Of a DNA stretch of 64,000 nucleotides, positions 40,591-49,829 are shown in pieces. How positions within the stretch are numbered: position 1 is the stretch's first letter; the number at the start of each line of letters is the position of its first letter. The DNA is from Alphaproteobacteria bacterium (GTDB lineage: Bacteria > Pseudomonadota > Alphaproteobacteria > JAREAF01). Position numbers and translations under genes: made by a program. The stretch is taken from the NCBI GenBank assembly GCA_035620695.1, contig DASPGI010000193.1, positions 64,398 through 128,397 of the forward strand, written 5' to 3'. The notes under the pieces were generated by a model, which saw only the letters and a program-made list of their open reading frames with translations, did not search any database and was not told where the DNA came from.

Positions 40591-40992
40591 ATGAGCTCCC
40601 CCCCTGGCACCGTTTTCGTCATCGATGACGACGAGGCGGTGCGGGACTCACTCAGGCTCCTTCTGGAATCGCATCTCTTTTCGGTGCGCGTCTTCGCTTC
40701 CGGTCTGGATTTCCTGAACGCTGTCGAGGCTTGTCCGCAGGGGTGCGTGGTGCTTGACCTGCATCTGCCGATCGTCGGAGGCCTGGAGTTCTTAGGCCGA
40801 TACTGGAACCGCTTGAATGGCATGCCGGTGATCCTCATCACCGGCAAAGCGGATCCGGATACTCGAATTCGAGCGTTCGAGGCAGGGGTCCGCTACTTCC
40901 TGGAGAAGCCGTTCGAAGACGACGAGTTGCTGAGCGCCGTCATCGAAGCCCTAACCCGCGGCAACATTTCTTCTAAGGCTTCTCCCTCATAG
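40591..40992 (+). CDS. Single-domain receiver protein between fixJ and fixK (FixT-like / B. japonicum orf138-like)
   Basis: VFVIDDDEAVRDSL...VVLDLHLP...KPF with no output domain. The position matches Bradyrhizobium fixLJ-RR-fixK2. Confidence 0.75.
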   Translation: MSSPPGTVFVIDDDEAVRDSLRLLLESHLFSVRVFASGLDFLNAVEACPQGCVVLDLHLPIVGGLEFLGRYWNRLNGMPVILITGKADPDTRIRAFEAGVRYFLEKPFEDDELLSAVIEALTRGNISSKASPS

Positions 40993-41095
40993 AATGCGGG
41001 CCGCATCCCGCAATCTGTGCGGCGCTACGCCACATAAGGGCAATCCCCTAGGTATAAAACCGAATATCCCGCATCCACGCGCGGTCCTAGTTTCT

Positions 41096-41109
41096 ATCAA
41101 GTTTTTGAT
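41096..41109. promoter_or_regulatory. Palindrome ATCAA-N4-TTGAT about 25 bp upstream of fixK
   Basis: atcaaGTTTttgat is the everted arrangement of the FNR/FixK TTGAT-N4-ATCAA half-sites. Confidence 0.3.
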
Positions 41110-41128
41110 TCACCGTTGAACATAGAGG

Positions 41129-41854
41129 ATGATCATGGTTGCGATCGCGCCCACACTCGGTCCCGTCCTCAACGTTCCCCAGTCCACGCGTACCTGGTTT
41201 ACGGACCCTTCGCGTTCCGCAGATCCTTGCGGGAATGGCTGTGAAGATCCGGTCGAGGCAATTCGGCAGTTGGGCCAGAGCATATTCATCCGGCGGGATG
41301 AGACCCTTTTCTTCGAGGGTGATCCGGCGGCCGCGGTTTATCTGGTTGTGTCCGGCACGGTTCGAATCAGCAAGATGCTGTCCGACGGCCGACGCCAGAT
41401 CGTCGGCTTTCGCGAAGAGGGAGAGCTTATCGGTCTCGCCTTGGCGGAGGACTATCCCTATTCGGCCGAAGGCGTTACGCCCGTCCGCGTGCGGCGCCTT
41501 GGCCGTACGCGCCTGGAGGCTCTCATGGAGACCCATCCCCGACTTCGTCAGCGCCTTTTCTTGTTGGCTGCTCACGAACTGGCTGCCGCGCAGCGCCAGA
41601 TCCTGTTGCTCGGTCGCAAGACCGCGCGCGAGCGTATATGCTCCTTCCTTCTTGAACGCCAACGCGGCGCTGCGCCCGAGATCGAATTGCCGATGTCGCG
41701 CACCGACATCGCCGATTACCTGGGCCTGACAATCGAGACTGTCAGCCGCACCTTGAGCCAGCTTCGTGCCGAGGGTCTGATCCGCATGCCGACACTGCAT
41801 AATCTACAGTTGAGCAACCCCGACCGGCTCTGCGATTTGGCCGAGGCGGCCTGA
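41129..41854 (+). CDS. fixK: Crp/Fnr family transcription factor FixK (no N-terminal Cys cluster)
   Basis: cNMP-binding-like beta-roll and C-terminal HTH RTDIADYLGLTIETVSRTLSQL. Lacks the FNR Cys motif. Lies downstream of fixLJ. Confidence 0.85.
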   Translation: MIMVAIAPTLGPVLNVPQSTRTWFTDPSRSADPCGNGCEDPVEAIRQLGQSIFIRRDETLFFEGDPAAAVYLVVSGTVRISKMLSDGRRQIVGFREEGELIGLALAEDYPYSAEGVTPVRVRRLGRTRLEALMETHPRLRQRLFLLAAHELAAAQRQILLLGRKTARERICSFLLERQRGAAPEIELPMSRTDIADYLGLTIETVSRTLSQLRAEGLIRMPTLHNLQLSNPDRLCDLAEAA

Positions 41855-41866
41855 AATCAGTCCGCT

Positions 41867-42751
41867 TCAGCGTCTGCGCAAATAGATGAACCAGTAGACG
41901 GCGCCGACCAACAAGCCGCCGCCGATCACGTTGCCGATTGTCACCGCCACCAGATTTCGCACGAAGCCGTAGAGGCTGAGCGCGGCGGCGGCCTCGCCTC
42001 CCGAACCGGCTGCGACCAGCAGCTCCGGGCCGAACCACGCCAACATGAAACCGAGCGGCACGAAATACATATTCGCCACCGAGTGTTCGAAGCCGGCGGT
42101 GACAAATGCGGAAACAGGCAGCAGGATGGCCAGGATCTTGTCCGCCGCTCCGCGCCCGGCGTAGCTGAGCCATACCGCTAGGCAGACCAGCACATTGCAA
42201 ACTATTCCAAGAAAGAATGCCCGCAGGAGCGGCAGGTTGGTCTTGACCGCCGCGATCTTGAGCGCGGTCAGTGCTGAGCCATCGTCGAGCAGAGGCTGGC
42301 CGGAGAGAAAAACCAGGCCCGCGGTTCCAATGGCGCCTATGAAATTTCCTGCCCAGACGATTGCCCAGGCGCGGAGCATCTCCCTCAAGCGTACCTTCCC
42401 GCTCGCCCAGGCCATGACCATTAGATTGTTGCCGGTGAACAGCTCCGCCCCACCTACGACCACCAGTACCAGGCCAAGCGCGAATGCCAGTCCGGCCAGC
42501 ATTCGTACCGGTCCGGACGGGCCGTCGACACCGGCCAGCACCGTCGTCGCGAACATCCCGCCAAGCCCAATGAAGGCTCCACCGAGCACGGCAAGTGTAG
42601 TTAGAGTCATCCAGTCGAGCCGGGTCTTCGCAGCGCCGATCTGCTCGGCCCGCTCGGCGACTTCCGCCGGCAGCAGCGCATCGAGGCCGCGATGTGGATC
42701 GGGAAGGTCCTTGGGCATGCGTGGCGGATTTGACCCGCTGCCCCACCTCAT
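41867..42751 (-). CDS. Formate/nitrite transporter family channel (FocA/NirC-like)
   Basis: FNT signatures LAVLGGAFIGLGGMF and LFTGNNLMVMAWASGKV. Six TM helices. Confidence 0.85.
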   Translation of the reverse strand: MRWGSGSNPPRMPKDLPDPHRGLDALLPAEVAERAEQIGAAKTRLDWMTLTTLAVLGGAFIGLGGMFATTVLAGVDGPSGPVRMLAGLAFALGLVLVVVGGAELFTGNNLMVMAWASGKVRLREMLRAWAIVWAGNFIGAIGTAGLVFLSGQPLLDDGSALTALKIAAVKTNLPLLRAFFLGIVCNVLVCLAVWLSYAGRGAADKILAILLPVSAFVTAGFEHSVANMYFVPLGFMLAWFGPELLVAAGSGGEAAAALSLYGFVRNLVAVTIGNVIGGGLLVGAVYWFIYLRRR

Positions 42752-42835
42752 GGCAAGAGCCGAGTCGACCTCCGGACCCTCGGCTTGGCATCGCCCAAAG
42801 GCTAGACTACGGCCATTGCAGTAGAGGACCGACCC

Positions 42836-43438
42836 ATGCGGCTAAAGATCCTTCACATAGCTTCGATCGCGTTGGTTTGGCTCATTGTCTGCCCTGCGGC
42901 CGCCGAACCGGTGGGCCGGGTCATCGAGCAGGTGGGCCAAGCCTACTTCATCCGTGACGGCGCTCCCTTCAGCCTTCGGCCCGGAAGCGGGCTTGCCGCC
43001 CTGGATCGCATAGTAACTACGGCCGATGGCAAGGTCGTGATCCGGTTCGAGGATGGCTCGCTCTGCACGGTCGGACCGGATAGCGAGATCTTGCTCGCCG
43101 ATCTCTCAGCACCCGAGGGGGGATGGCTCGATCTCATCCACGGAATTGTGCGCATCATCCTGGCTCCAGGGGCGCGTGAGACCGAGGCCGGCTTGCGCAC
43201 CCGCGCCGTGGTTGCCTCGGTCCGCTCGACCGAATTCATAGTAGACACCACCCTCGAAAGTTCGGCCGTGTTCGTCGCCGCAGGGACCGTCCAGGTGACC
43301 GGTCGGCTTACCGGCTTGTCTGTCACGCTGCAAGCGGGGGAAGGAACGGACGTGGCGCTGCGCGCGCCTCCGACGCCAGTAAAGCGATGGGGCGATAAAC
43401 GGGTAGGTGAGGTAATGTCTCGGACAACCTTGCCATGA
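42836..43438 (+). CDS. FecR-domain periplasmic protein
   Basis: Signal peptide plus FecR fold (DGSLCTVGPDSEILLAD...STEFIVD). Typical partner of CHASE2 cyclases. Confidence 0.7.
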   Translation: MRLKILHIASIALVWLIVCPAAAEPVGRVIEQVGQAYFIRDGAPFSLRPGSGLAALDRIVTTADGKVVIRFEDGSLCTVGPDSEILLADLSAPEGGWLDLIHGIVRIILAPGARETEAGLRTRAVVASVRSTEFIVDTTLESSAVFVAAGTVQVTGRLTGLSVTLQAGEGTDVALRAPPTPVKRWGDKRVGEVMSRTTLP

Positions 43439-43486
43439 CCGGCGCACCGGCGCGCCGCTGCCCAGACTCATTGTGAGGGGGCAAGT

Positions 43487-45409
43487 TTGCGCCGCCTGAC
43501 ACTCCTCGCGGCGGGGCTGATCGCGCTCGCCCTGGTCGGGCTTTACGGCTGGGGTCGTGATCGAACGCCATTCGAAACGCTGGAAGGGGAAACTCTTGAC
43601 TGGCGATTCGCCCTGCGCGGTCCCATCGCGCCCGGCGGTGAGGTCGTGATCGTTGCAATCGACGAAAGCAGCATCCAGGCGCTGGGCGGTTGGCCGCTTC
43701 CCAGAAGCGTGCTGGCGCAGGCGGTGGAGCGGTTGACCGAGGCGGGGACCCGAGTGATCGCTTTCGATCTGCTGCTGCTCGAGTTGGAGCAACCAACCAT
43801 CGGCGGGACGCCGGGATTTGGCGACCAACGCCTGAGCATGGCCATCCGGCAATCACCCGGCACCATCCTCCCCTTCGCCTTCAGCTTTCAGGACCTGCCC
43901 GGCCCTCAGGATCTCACCAACCTCGCGCGTTCGGCTCTGCGCGTGCAACGTGGACAGGAACAGGACATGTCCGCCCTGCCGCACCCGGTGGCGATTTCGG
44001 CGCCACCGGCGCCACTGCTTGGAGCCGCCCACGCAGCTCATGTAACGGTTACGGTGGAGCCGGGTGGTATGCTGCGCCAGATCAATCTCGTGCTGCCTTT
44101 CGGCGGAGAACTTTATCCGGCTCTGCCCCTCGAGGCGGTTCGGCTTCACCGACAGCTTCCGCTCGATCAGCTGGTCGTCGAGTTCGGCCGGGGAGTTCGT
44201 TTAGGCGATACTTGGATTGAGACCACCCCCGGGCTGCGGTTGCCGGTGAATTACTACGGTCCGCCCGGCGCCTTCGACACTATTGCGATGCTGGAACTGG
44301 TAACCGGATCGGTAGAGCGATCGCGCTTGCGCGAAAAACTGGTTCTGATTGGGGCAACGGCGCTCGGCCTTGGAGATCAATTCTCAGCCCCTTATAGCCG
44401 GGTCTTTCCGGGAGTTGAGATGTTTGCGACTGCTGCCGACAATCTTCTGACCGGGCGGTGGCTCAAGCGAGACGACATGGTGGCTCTGATCGACATCGTT
44501 GCCATCTTAGCCGCCGCCAGCCTTGCCACCCTGATAGGGACCTTGTTGTCGCCGAGCCTTGCCGCTCCAGCTCTTATCGCTCTGGCAAGTCTCTGGTTTG
44601 CAACGACATCTTTGGCTCTTGCCAAGTTGCAGCTATGGCTCAACATGAGTTTCCCAATGCTCGCCCTTGCCATCGCCGGAAGCGCCGCCATTCTCCTGCG
44701 CGCCACAGCGGAGAGTCGGACCCGCCGGCGGGTGGAGCGCGAACGCAGCCATCTCGCCCGCTACGTTCCAGAAGCCATCGTGGAAGAGCTTGCCCGCACC
44801 GACCGGCCCCGCTTTCACGAGCGCACGCAGCCGGCCGCGATCCTGTTTGTCGACATTGTCGGTTTCACGCGCACCACCGAAAGCATGCAGGGACAAGCGA
44901 TGTTGCGCCTTGTTGGCCGCGTTCATGGGCTGATCGAGGCAGCGGTCCGTGAGCATGGGGGGATCGTCGACAAATATGTAGGCGATGGCGCGATGCTCCT
45001 TTTTGGCCTGCCGGAGCCACGCTTCGACGACGCGGCCCGCGCCCTGGCCTGCGCCCGCGCTATCGCCGACGCGATCGATCGTTGGAACGAGGAGCGCGCC
45101 AAGACTGGCGAACCCGCCATTGCCATTGGCGCGGGCCTGCATCATGGACCGGTCATCGTCGCGCGCATTGGCGACCGCCAGGCCCAGATTACCGCCATTG
45201 GCGATTCCGTGAATGTCGCCAGTCGGCTCGAACGCGTGACACGCGAGATTTCGGCCCGGATCGTCCTTTCGGATGCGGTTGCGGCGGCAATTCGCGCTCT
45301 TGGCCGAACGGATCTTCTTGCCGGCTTCTCATATGAGGGAGAGCGACCGCTGAGGGGCCGAGACCAGCCGATCGGCGTCTGGCGGTGGCCTGCGCCAGAG
45401 GCCAGTTGA
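43487..45409 (+). CDS. CHASE2 sensor adenylate/guanylate cyclase (class III)
   Basis: N-terminal TM, periplasmic CHASE2, multi-TM, then CYCc (FVDIVGFTRTT...DKYVGDGAMLLFG). TTG start with GAGGGGG RBS. Confidence 0.85.
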   Translation: MRRLTLLAAGLIALALVGLYGWGRDRTPFETLEGETLDWRFALRGPIAPGGEVVIVAIDESSIQALGGWPLPRSVLAQAVERLTEAGTRVIAFDLLLLELEQPTIGGTPGFGDQRLSMAIRQSPGTILPFAFSFQDLPGPQDLTNLARSALRVQRGQEQDMSALPHPVAISAPPAPLLGAAHAAHVTVTVEPGGMLRQINLVLPFGGELYPALPLEAVRLHRQLPLDQLVVEFGRGVRLGDTWIETTPGLRLPVNYYGPPGAFDTIAMLELVTGSVERSRLREKLVLIGATALGLGDQFSAPYSRVFPGVEMFATAADNLLTGRWLKRDDMVALIDIVAILAAASLATLIGTLLSPSLAAPALIALASLWFATTSLALAKLQLWLNMSFPMLALAIAGSAAILLRATAESRTRRRVERERSHLARYVPEAIVEELARTDRPRFHERTQPAAILFVDIVGFTRTTESMQGQAMLRLVGRVHGLIEAAVREHGGIVDKYVGDGAMLLFGLPEPRFDDAARALACARAIADAIDRWNEERAKTGEPAIAIGAGLHHGPVIVARIGDRQAQITAIGDSVNVASRLERVTREISARIVLSDAVAAAIRALGRTDLLAGFSYEGERPLRGRDQPIGVWRWPAPEAS

Positions 45410-45454
45410 AGGAGTCGCGCAAGAGCCGGTGGCCCGCGCAACCCCTGCCCAGGT

Positions 45455-45472
45455 CCATGCGTAAGCGCATGG
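45455..45472 (+). terminator. Hairpin CCATGCG-taag-CGCATGG downstream of the cyclase gene
   Basis: Perfect 7-bp stem and 4-nt loop with no U-tract. Confidence 0.3.
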
Positions 45473-45569
45473 TGTAACCCGTAGCGGTTATTGCATCAGC
45501 CGGCACAAGATCGGCAAATGGCCGGTGCACCCGTCCCATCCCTCTGTCGACGGAGGCTAGGATCCCACC

Positions 45570-46280
45570 ATGATCGAAAGCGAAGCCGATAGCAAAGCCG
45601 GCGTCGTTGCTGGCAGCTTCCTCTTCCGCGATCTTAGTCCGGAGCTCCTCGACCGCGTGGTGCGCCTCACGCACACACAGCGTTGCCGGCGCGGCACTTT
45701 CGTCTTTCATATGGGCGACGAGGGGGACGCCCTTTACGGTGTCGTACGCGGCATGATCCGGATCTGGATTCCGGGCGCGGACGGTCGAGAGCTTACGATC
45801 GCGCTGATGGAGCGCGGAGATATCTTCGGCGAGATCGCGTTGCTCGACGGCCTGCCACGCACGGCGAACGCCACGGCGATCGACGACACCTCCTTGATCG
45901 CCATCGACCGTCCACATTTCGTCGATCTCCTCGAGCGCGAGCCACGGATTGCCCGGCACATCATCGAGCTGCTCTGCGAGCGGCTTCGCGCCACCACCGA
46001 TCGCTTTTCCGAGGATGCCTTTCTCAGTCTGAAGGCGCGTCTCGCCAAGCGGCTGGAAGCCCTGATGATCGGATATGGCGAGCACTGTCCCGAAGGCATG
46101 CGCATCGGGTTGAAGCTGTCTCAAACGGACCTTGCGAACATGCTTGGCGTCACCCGGGAAGCGGTGAACAAGCAGCTCGGCGCCTGGTCGCAACGTGGCC
46201 TCATCCAGCACACGCGCGGCACGATCATCATACGCGATCCGCAGGGGCTGAAACGGGAAGCTTCGCCGGAGCAAAGCTGA
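45570..46280 (+). CDS. crp: Crp/Fnr family cNMP-binding transcriptional regulator (probable cAMP receptor)
   Basis: cNMP-binding domain (FGEIALLDGLPRTANATA) and C-terminal HTH (QTDLANMLGVTREAVNKQL). No Cys cluster. Confidence 0.8.
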   Translation: MIESEADSKAGVVAGSFLFRDLSPELLDRVVRLTHTQRCRRGTFVFHMGDEGDALYGVVRGMIRIWIPGADGRELTIALMERGDIFGEIALLDGLPRTANATAIDDTSLIAIDRPHFVDLLEREPRIARHIIELLCERLRATTDRFSEDAFLSLKARLAKRLEALMIGYGEHCPEGMRIGLKLSQTDLANMLGVTREAVNKQLGAWSQRGLIQHTRGTIIIRDPQGLKREASPEQS

Positions 46281-46474
46281 GGATTTCAGCCTCAGTCGGC
46301 CGCCAGATGCGGACTTGCACGCCGGTCGTCGTTCACGGCGAAAGGCCTGCACTGCCATCCTTGGTGCGGTAGACGAAGCTCCGGATCACGCTTGTCCGCC
46401 ATAGTCCGCTCGAGAGCCTCTCCAACCGAGCCTCTCCGAGTGCCTCAATACCGATCTGAATGACTTGTTTGCCC

Positions 46475-47551
46475 TCACCTGGAGGGCTGGACGTCAGCCG
46501 GGTCGGCCGAATTTCGAGCCGTTCGAGTGCGCCGAGCACCTCGAGCAAAGTGCCCGGGATGGCCGCTCACCCGGACCGAGAGCTCCGCAGCCTCGCATCC
46601 GACCAGGAGCGATTCGGCGTTGTGGACCACCGTGTCAGACGCGGAAGGATGCAGATGCGCCGACCGCCAGCTGTGCAGCACCTCCAGCCAATTGCCGAAC
46701 AAGCGGCGTGCGGACGCTGACCATGTCGCCACCGGAGCGCTCTGCGGATCCTCGCCGGGGAAATAGTTCTTTGGCAACGCGGTCACGCGGCCGAGAGCGC
46801 GGTCCCGAAGCCACTCCTTGCGCAACGTGTCGGCATCATACTCAAGATGATTGAACATGCAGATCAGCCGCAGGTGAGGATCTGCCGCCAGACACAGACC
46901 AGCCTCCGCGGATTCGGCAAGGACCTCCAGCCCCGTTTGGGCTGAGATATCCTCCGCGCGGACTTCCGTATGGCGGGAGACCGGCGTAGGAAACTCCGCG
47001 CCGATGCCACGGAGCAGCAAGGAGTCCGGCCGCGTTACCCGATGCCGATAGATGCCGAACTTCTTTGCGATCAGAGGGTGCTTCGGCACTCCATGGAAAT
47101 GCTGGAGGGCCGCCTGCCCGGCCCAACATACCGCGAAGATGCTACGCGCATTCTCTCTGCCCCAATCCAGGATGCTTTTCAGCTCCGGCCAGTAGTCGAC
47201 CTCTTCGAACTTCATCGTCTCGACCGGCGCACCGGTCACGATCATCCCGTCGAAGCGCTCTTTCGCAACTTCGCTAAAACGTCTGTAGAATCTCTTCAGA
47301 TGGTCGGGCGAAACGTGCCTTGGCTGATAAGTATCCGGCAAGGCCAACGTCAACTCGACCGGGACGATTGATCCCGCCAGGACACGTGCGAACTGGGCTT
47401 CGGTCTCTACCTTGTTAGGCATCAGGTTGAACAGCGCGATCCGGAGCGGAACCATGCCGATGGCGGATCCGGATGTCGGGGCCGACACGGATACGCCTTC
47501 CGCGGCAAGATTGTGGAATGCGGGAAGGTCGGGATGCAGCAATATGGTCAT
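46475..47551 (-). CDS. metA: Homoserine O-acyltransferase MetA, with an unusual C-terminal extension of about 40 aa
   Basis: N-terminus MTILLHPDLPAFHNL...LRIALFNLMPNK and active-site region IFAVCWAGQAALQH align with E. coli MetA. The start is 32 nt after the metY stop. Confidence 0.8.
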   Translation of the reverse strand: MTILLHPDLPAFHNLAAEGVSVSAPTSGSAIGMVPLRIALFNLMPNKVETEAQFARVLAGSIVPVELTLALPDTYQPRHVSPDHLKRFYRRFSEVAKERFDGMIVTGAPVETMKFEEVDYWPELKSILDWGRENARSIFAVCWAGQAALQHFHGVPKHPLIAKKFGIYRHRVTRPDSLLLRGIGAEFPTPVSRHTEVRAEDISAQTGLEVLAESAEAGLCLAADPHLRLICMFNHLEYDADTLRKEWLRDRALGRVTALPKNYFPGEDPQSAPVATWSASARRLFGNWLEVLHSWRSAHLHPSASDTVVHNAESLLVGCEAAELSVRVSGHPGHFARGARRTRTARNSADPADVQPSR

Positions 47552-47582
47552 GGTCTCCGCTCCGTATTCTTCGGCTTCGCGG

Positions 47583-48899
47583 CTATTTGCGCGACGCCGC
47601 CACGCCGGTCGCTTCCACCAGGGCCTGGTCGATATCGGCCAGGATGTCCTCGATATGCTCCAGCCCGACCGAGAGCCGCACATAGCTTTCGGACACGCCA
47701 GTCGCCAGCCGATCTTCGGGCGAGAGCTGGGAGTGGGTCGTGCTCGCCGGATGGATAGCGAGGCTGCGGGCATCGCCGATATTTGCGACGTGGTAGAGGA
47801 GCCTCAGTGAATCGATGAACCTGCTTCCCGCTTCGCGTCCACCCTTCAACTCGAAGCCTACAAGTCCGCCGAAGCCGCCTTTGAGATAGGTCTTTGCGCG
47901 GCGCACAAACTCGCCCTCGGCAAAGCCCGGCCAGATCACCCTGGTGATGGCAGGGTGCGTTCTCAGATGCTGAGCCACCGCTTCGGCGTTGCGCGCATGT
48001 TCGCGCATCCGCATCGGCAAGGTCTCCAGCCCTTGCAGAAACAGGAAGGCGTTGAAGGGCGACAACGCCATGCCGAGGTCGCGTTGCAGCGTGACGCGAG
48101 CCTTGATGATGTAGGCGATGGGTCCAAGGGGCTTCACCGCCTCCGTCCAGACCGCGCCGTGATAGCTGGGGTCCGGCCGATTCAACATCGGAAAGCGTTC
48201 GGCATGCGCGGACCAATCGAAATTGCCGCCATCGACGATGACACCGCCGATCGAGGTCCCATGCCCGCCGATGTACTTCGTGGTCGAATAGACAATGATC
48301 GCCGCACCATGATCGAAGGGACGGCACAGAACCGGTGCAGCGGTGTTGTCCATGATCAGGGGCACGCCCCGGGCTCGGCCGATTTCCGCCACCTCTCTGA
48401 TTGGGAAGACGTTCAGCTTCGGATTCGGAAGGGTTTCGGCGTAATAGGCCCGGGTGCGCGCGTCGGTCGCGCGGGCAAATGCTCCGGGATCCTCCGGATT
48501 GACGAACCGGACTTCGATGCCTTGCTCGCGAAGCGTATTGGCGAAAAGATTCCAGGTACCGCCATACAAGTCCGTGGAGCTGACGATATTGTCCCCAGCG
48601 TGTGCAATATTCTGGATCGACATTGCGGTCGCAGCCTGACCGGAGCTGACGCCGAGTGCGGCCGCCCCGCCTTCCAACGCCGCCAGACGCGCCTCGAGCA
48701 CCGCGTTCGTGGGGTTCATGATACGTGTATAGATGTTGCCCAGCTCCTTCAGAGAGAACAGGTTGGCCGCATGCTCGGTATGCCGGAATTCGTAGGAGGT
48801 GGTCTGATAGATCGGCACGGCGACAGCACCGGTTGTCGGATCGCTGCGGTAGCCGGCATGCAGAACCGCGGTCTCAGGATGCTTGAAGGCGATAGTCAT
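47583..48899 (-). CDS. metY: O-acetylhomoserine sulfhydrylase (PLP)
   Basis: MTIAFKHPETAVLHAGYRSDPTTGAVAVPIYQTTSYEF and the PLP-lysine region place it in the Cys/Met-metabolism family. Confidence 0.9.
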   Translation of the reverse strand: MTIAFKHPETAVLHAGYRSDPTTGAVAVPIYQTTSYEFRHTEHAANLFSLKELGNIYTRIMNPTNAVLEARLAALEGGAAALGVSSGQAATAMSIQNIAHAGDNIVSSTDLYGGTWNLFANTLREQGIEVRFVNPEDPGAFARATDARTRAYYAETLPNPKLNVFPIREVAEIGRARGVPLIMDNTAAPVLCRPFDHGAAIIVYSTTKYIGGHGTSIGGVIVDGGNFDWSAHAERFPMLNRPDPSYHGAVWTEAVKPLGPIAYIIKARVTLQRDLGMALSPFNAFLFLQGLETLPMRMREHARNAEAVAQHLRTHPAITRVIWPGFAEGEFVRRAKTYLKGGFGGLVGFELKGGREAGSRFIDSLRLLYHVANIGDARSLAIHPASTTHSQLSPEDRLATGVSESYVRLSVGLEHIEDILADIDQALVEATGVAASRK

Positions 48900-48941
48900 T
48901 GCGCAAAGGCTCCTCTGGTGATCCGTAGTTGTGCTGTCGCT

Positions 48942-49766
48942 TCAGGCGGCCTGGAGCTCGACTGTCGCTGTCGCGCCACGTATATGCGCCATGATTTCGC
49001 GATTGACGAAGTCGCGATGGGACAGCGGCAACATGTGGCCGGCGCCCGCGACCGTGCAAATGCGAGCGTTCGGTAGGGTCGAGCCCAGCAGCCCGACAAT
49101 CCTGACCGTCGGTGCCGGGGACTCGCTTCCACGCAACAAGAGGGCCGGGACCTGGATTTGGCGATAGGTCTCGAGGGGGATCGCCTCCGCCATCGTCGCC
49201 GAGAAATCTCCGACGACGGTGGCTGCAAGCCTGGTCAGACCGGACTGCCGGTCTTCCGGCAGGCTCGCCCAAGTCCCGGAACCGTTCCAGTAATCGACAA
49301 ACCGGCGCATTCCTTCGCCGTCGCGGTAGCATGCCACCGCGCGGGCGATGGCTTGCACCTCCGCCAAGAGCCATTCCCGGCTCTCCCGGTCGGTCCGCAG
49401 CAGGTGAAAAGCCACCGGCTCTATCAGCGTCAGAGAACGCACCAACTCCGGCCGCTCCACGGCGAAGCGCAAGGCCACAGCTCCGCCAAAGGAATGGCCG
49501 ACGAGGTCGACCTCTCCCCCCGCTCGCTCGGCGAGCACGCCGACGATGGCGGCTTCGTCTGCCAGGTTTGGCTCCTGATCGCGACCTCCGCTATCCCCAT
49601 AGCCCCGCAGATCGGGGGCAAGAATACGGCGGTAGCCATGAAGGACCTCCGCCAAGGAACGCCACTGTCCGCGGCTGCCGCCCGAGCTGTGCAGGAGGAT
49701 CGCGGCGGGCCCGGAACCGATGTCGGTATAGGCGACCGGAGAACCATTTACGGTGACGACAGGCAT
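48942..49766 (-). CDS. Alpha/beta hydrolase fold protein
   Basis: GHSFGG nucleophile elbow. 274 aa. Lies 42 nt upstream of metY on the same strand. Confidence 0.7.
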   Translation of the reverse strand: MPVVTVNGSPVAYTDIGSGPAAILLHSSGGSRGQWRSLAEVLHGYRRILAPDLRGYGDSGGRDQEPNLADEAAIVGVLAERAGGEVDLVGHSFGGAVALRFAVERPELVRSLTLIEPVAFHLLRTDRESREWLLAEVQAIARAVACYRDGEGMRRFVDYWNGSGTWASLPEDRQSGLTRLAATVVGDFSATMAEAIPLETYRQIQVPALLLRGSESPAPTVRIVGLLGSTLPNARICTVAGAGHMLPLSHRDFVNREIMAHIRGATATVELQAA

Positions 49767-49829
49767 GGCGCGCTCCCTTTTGTCGGAGCGGAACCTGCCC
49801 GCGATCGGCTGCGCGGACTATGAACGCGT

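Noticed and set aside
41096-41109. Calling ATCAAGTTTTTGAT a canonical FixK/FNR box
   Set aside because: The half-sites are in everted order relative to TTGAT-N4-ATCAA. I keep it only as an unexplained palindrome.
47551-47773. The upstream 74 codons of ORF 46475..47773 taken as part of MetA
   Set aside because: They overlap the 3' end of metY. MetA alignment begins at MTILLHPDLPA (start 47551).
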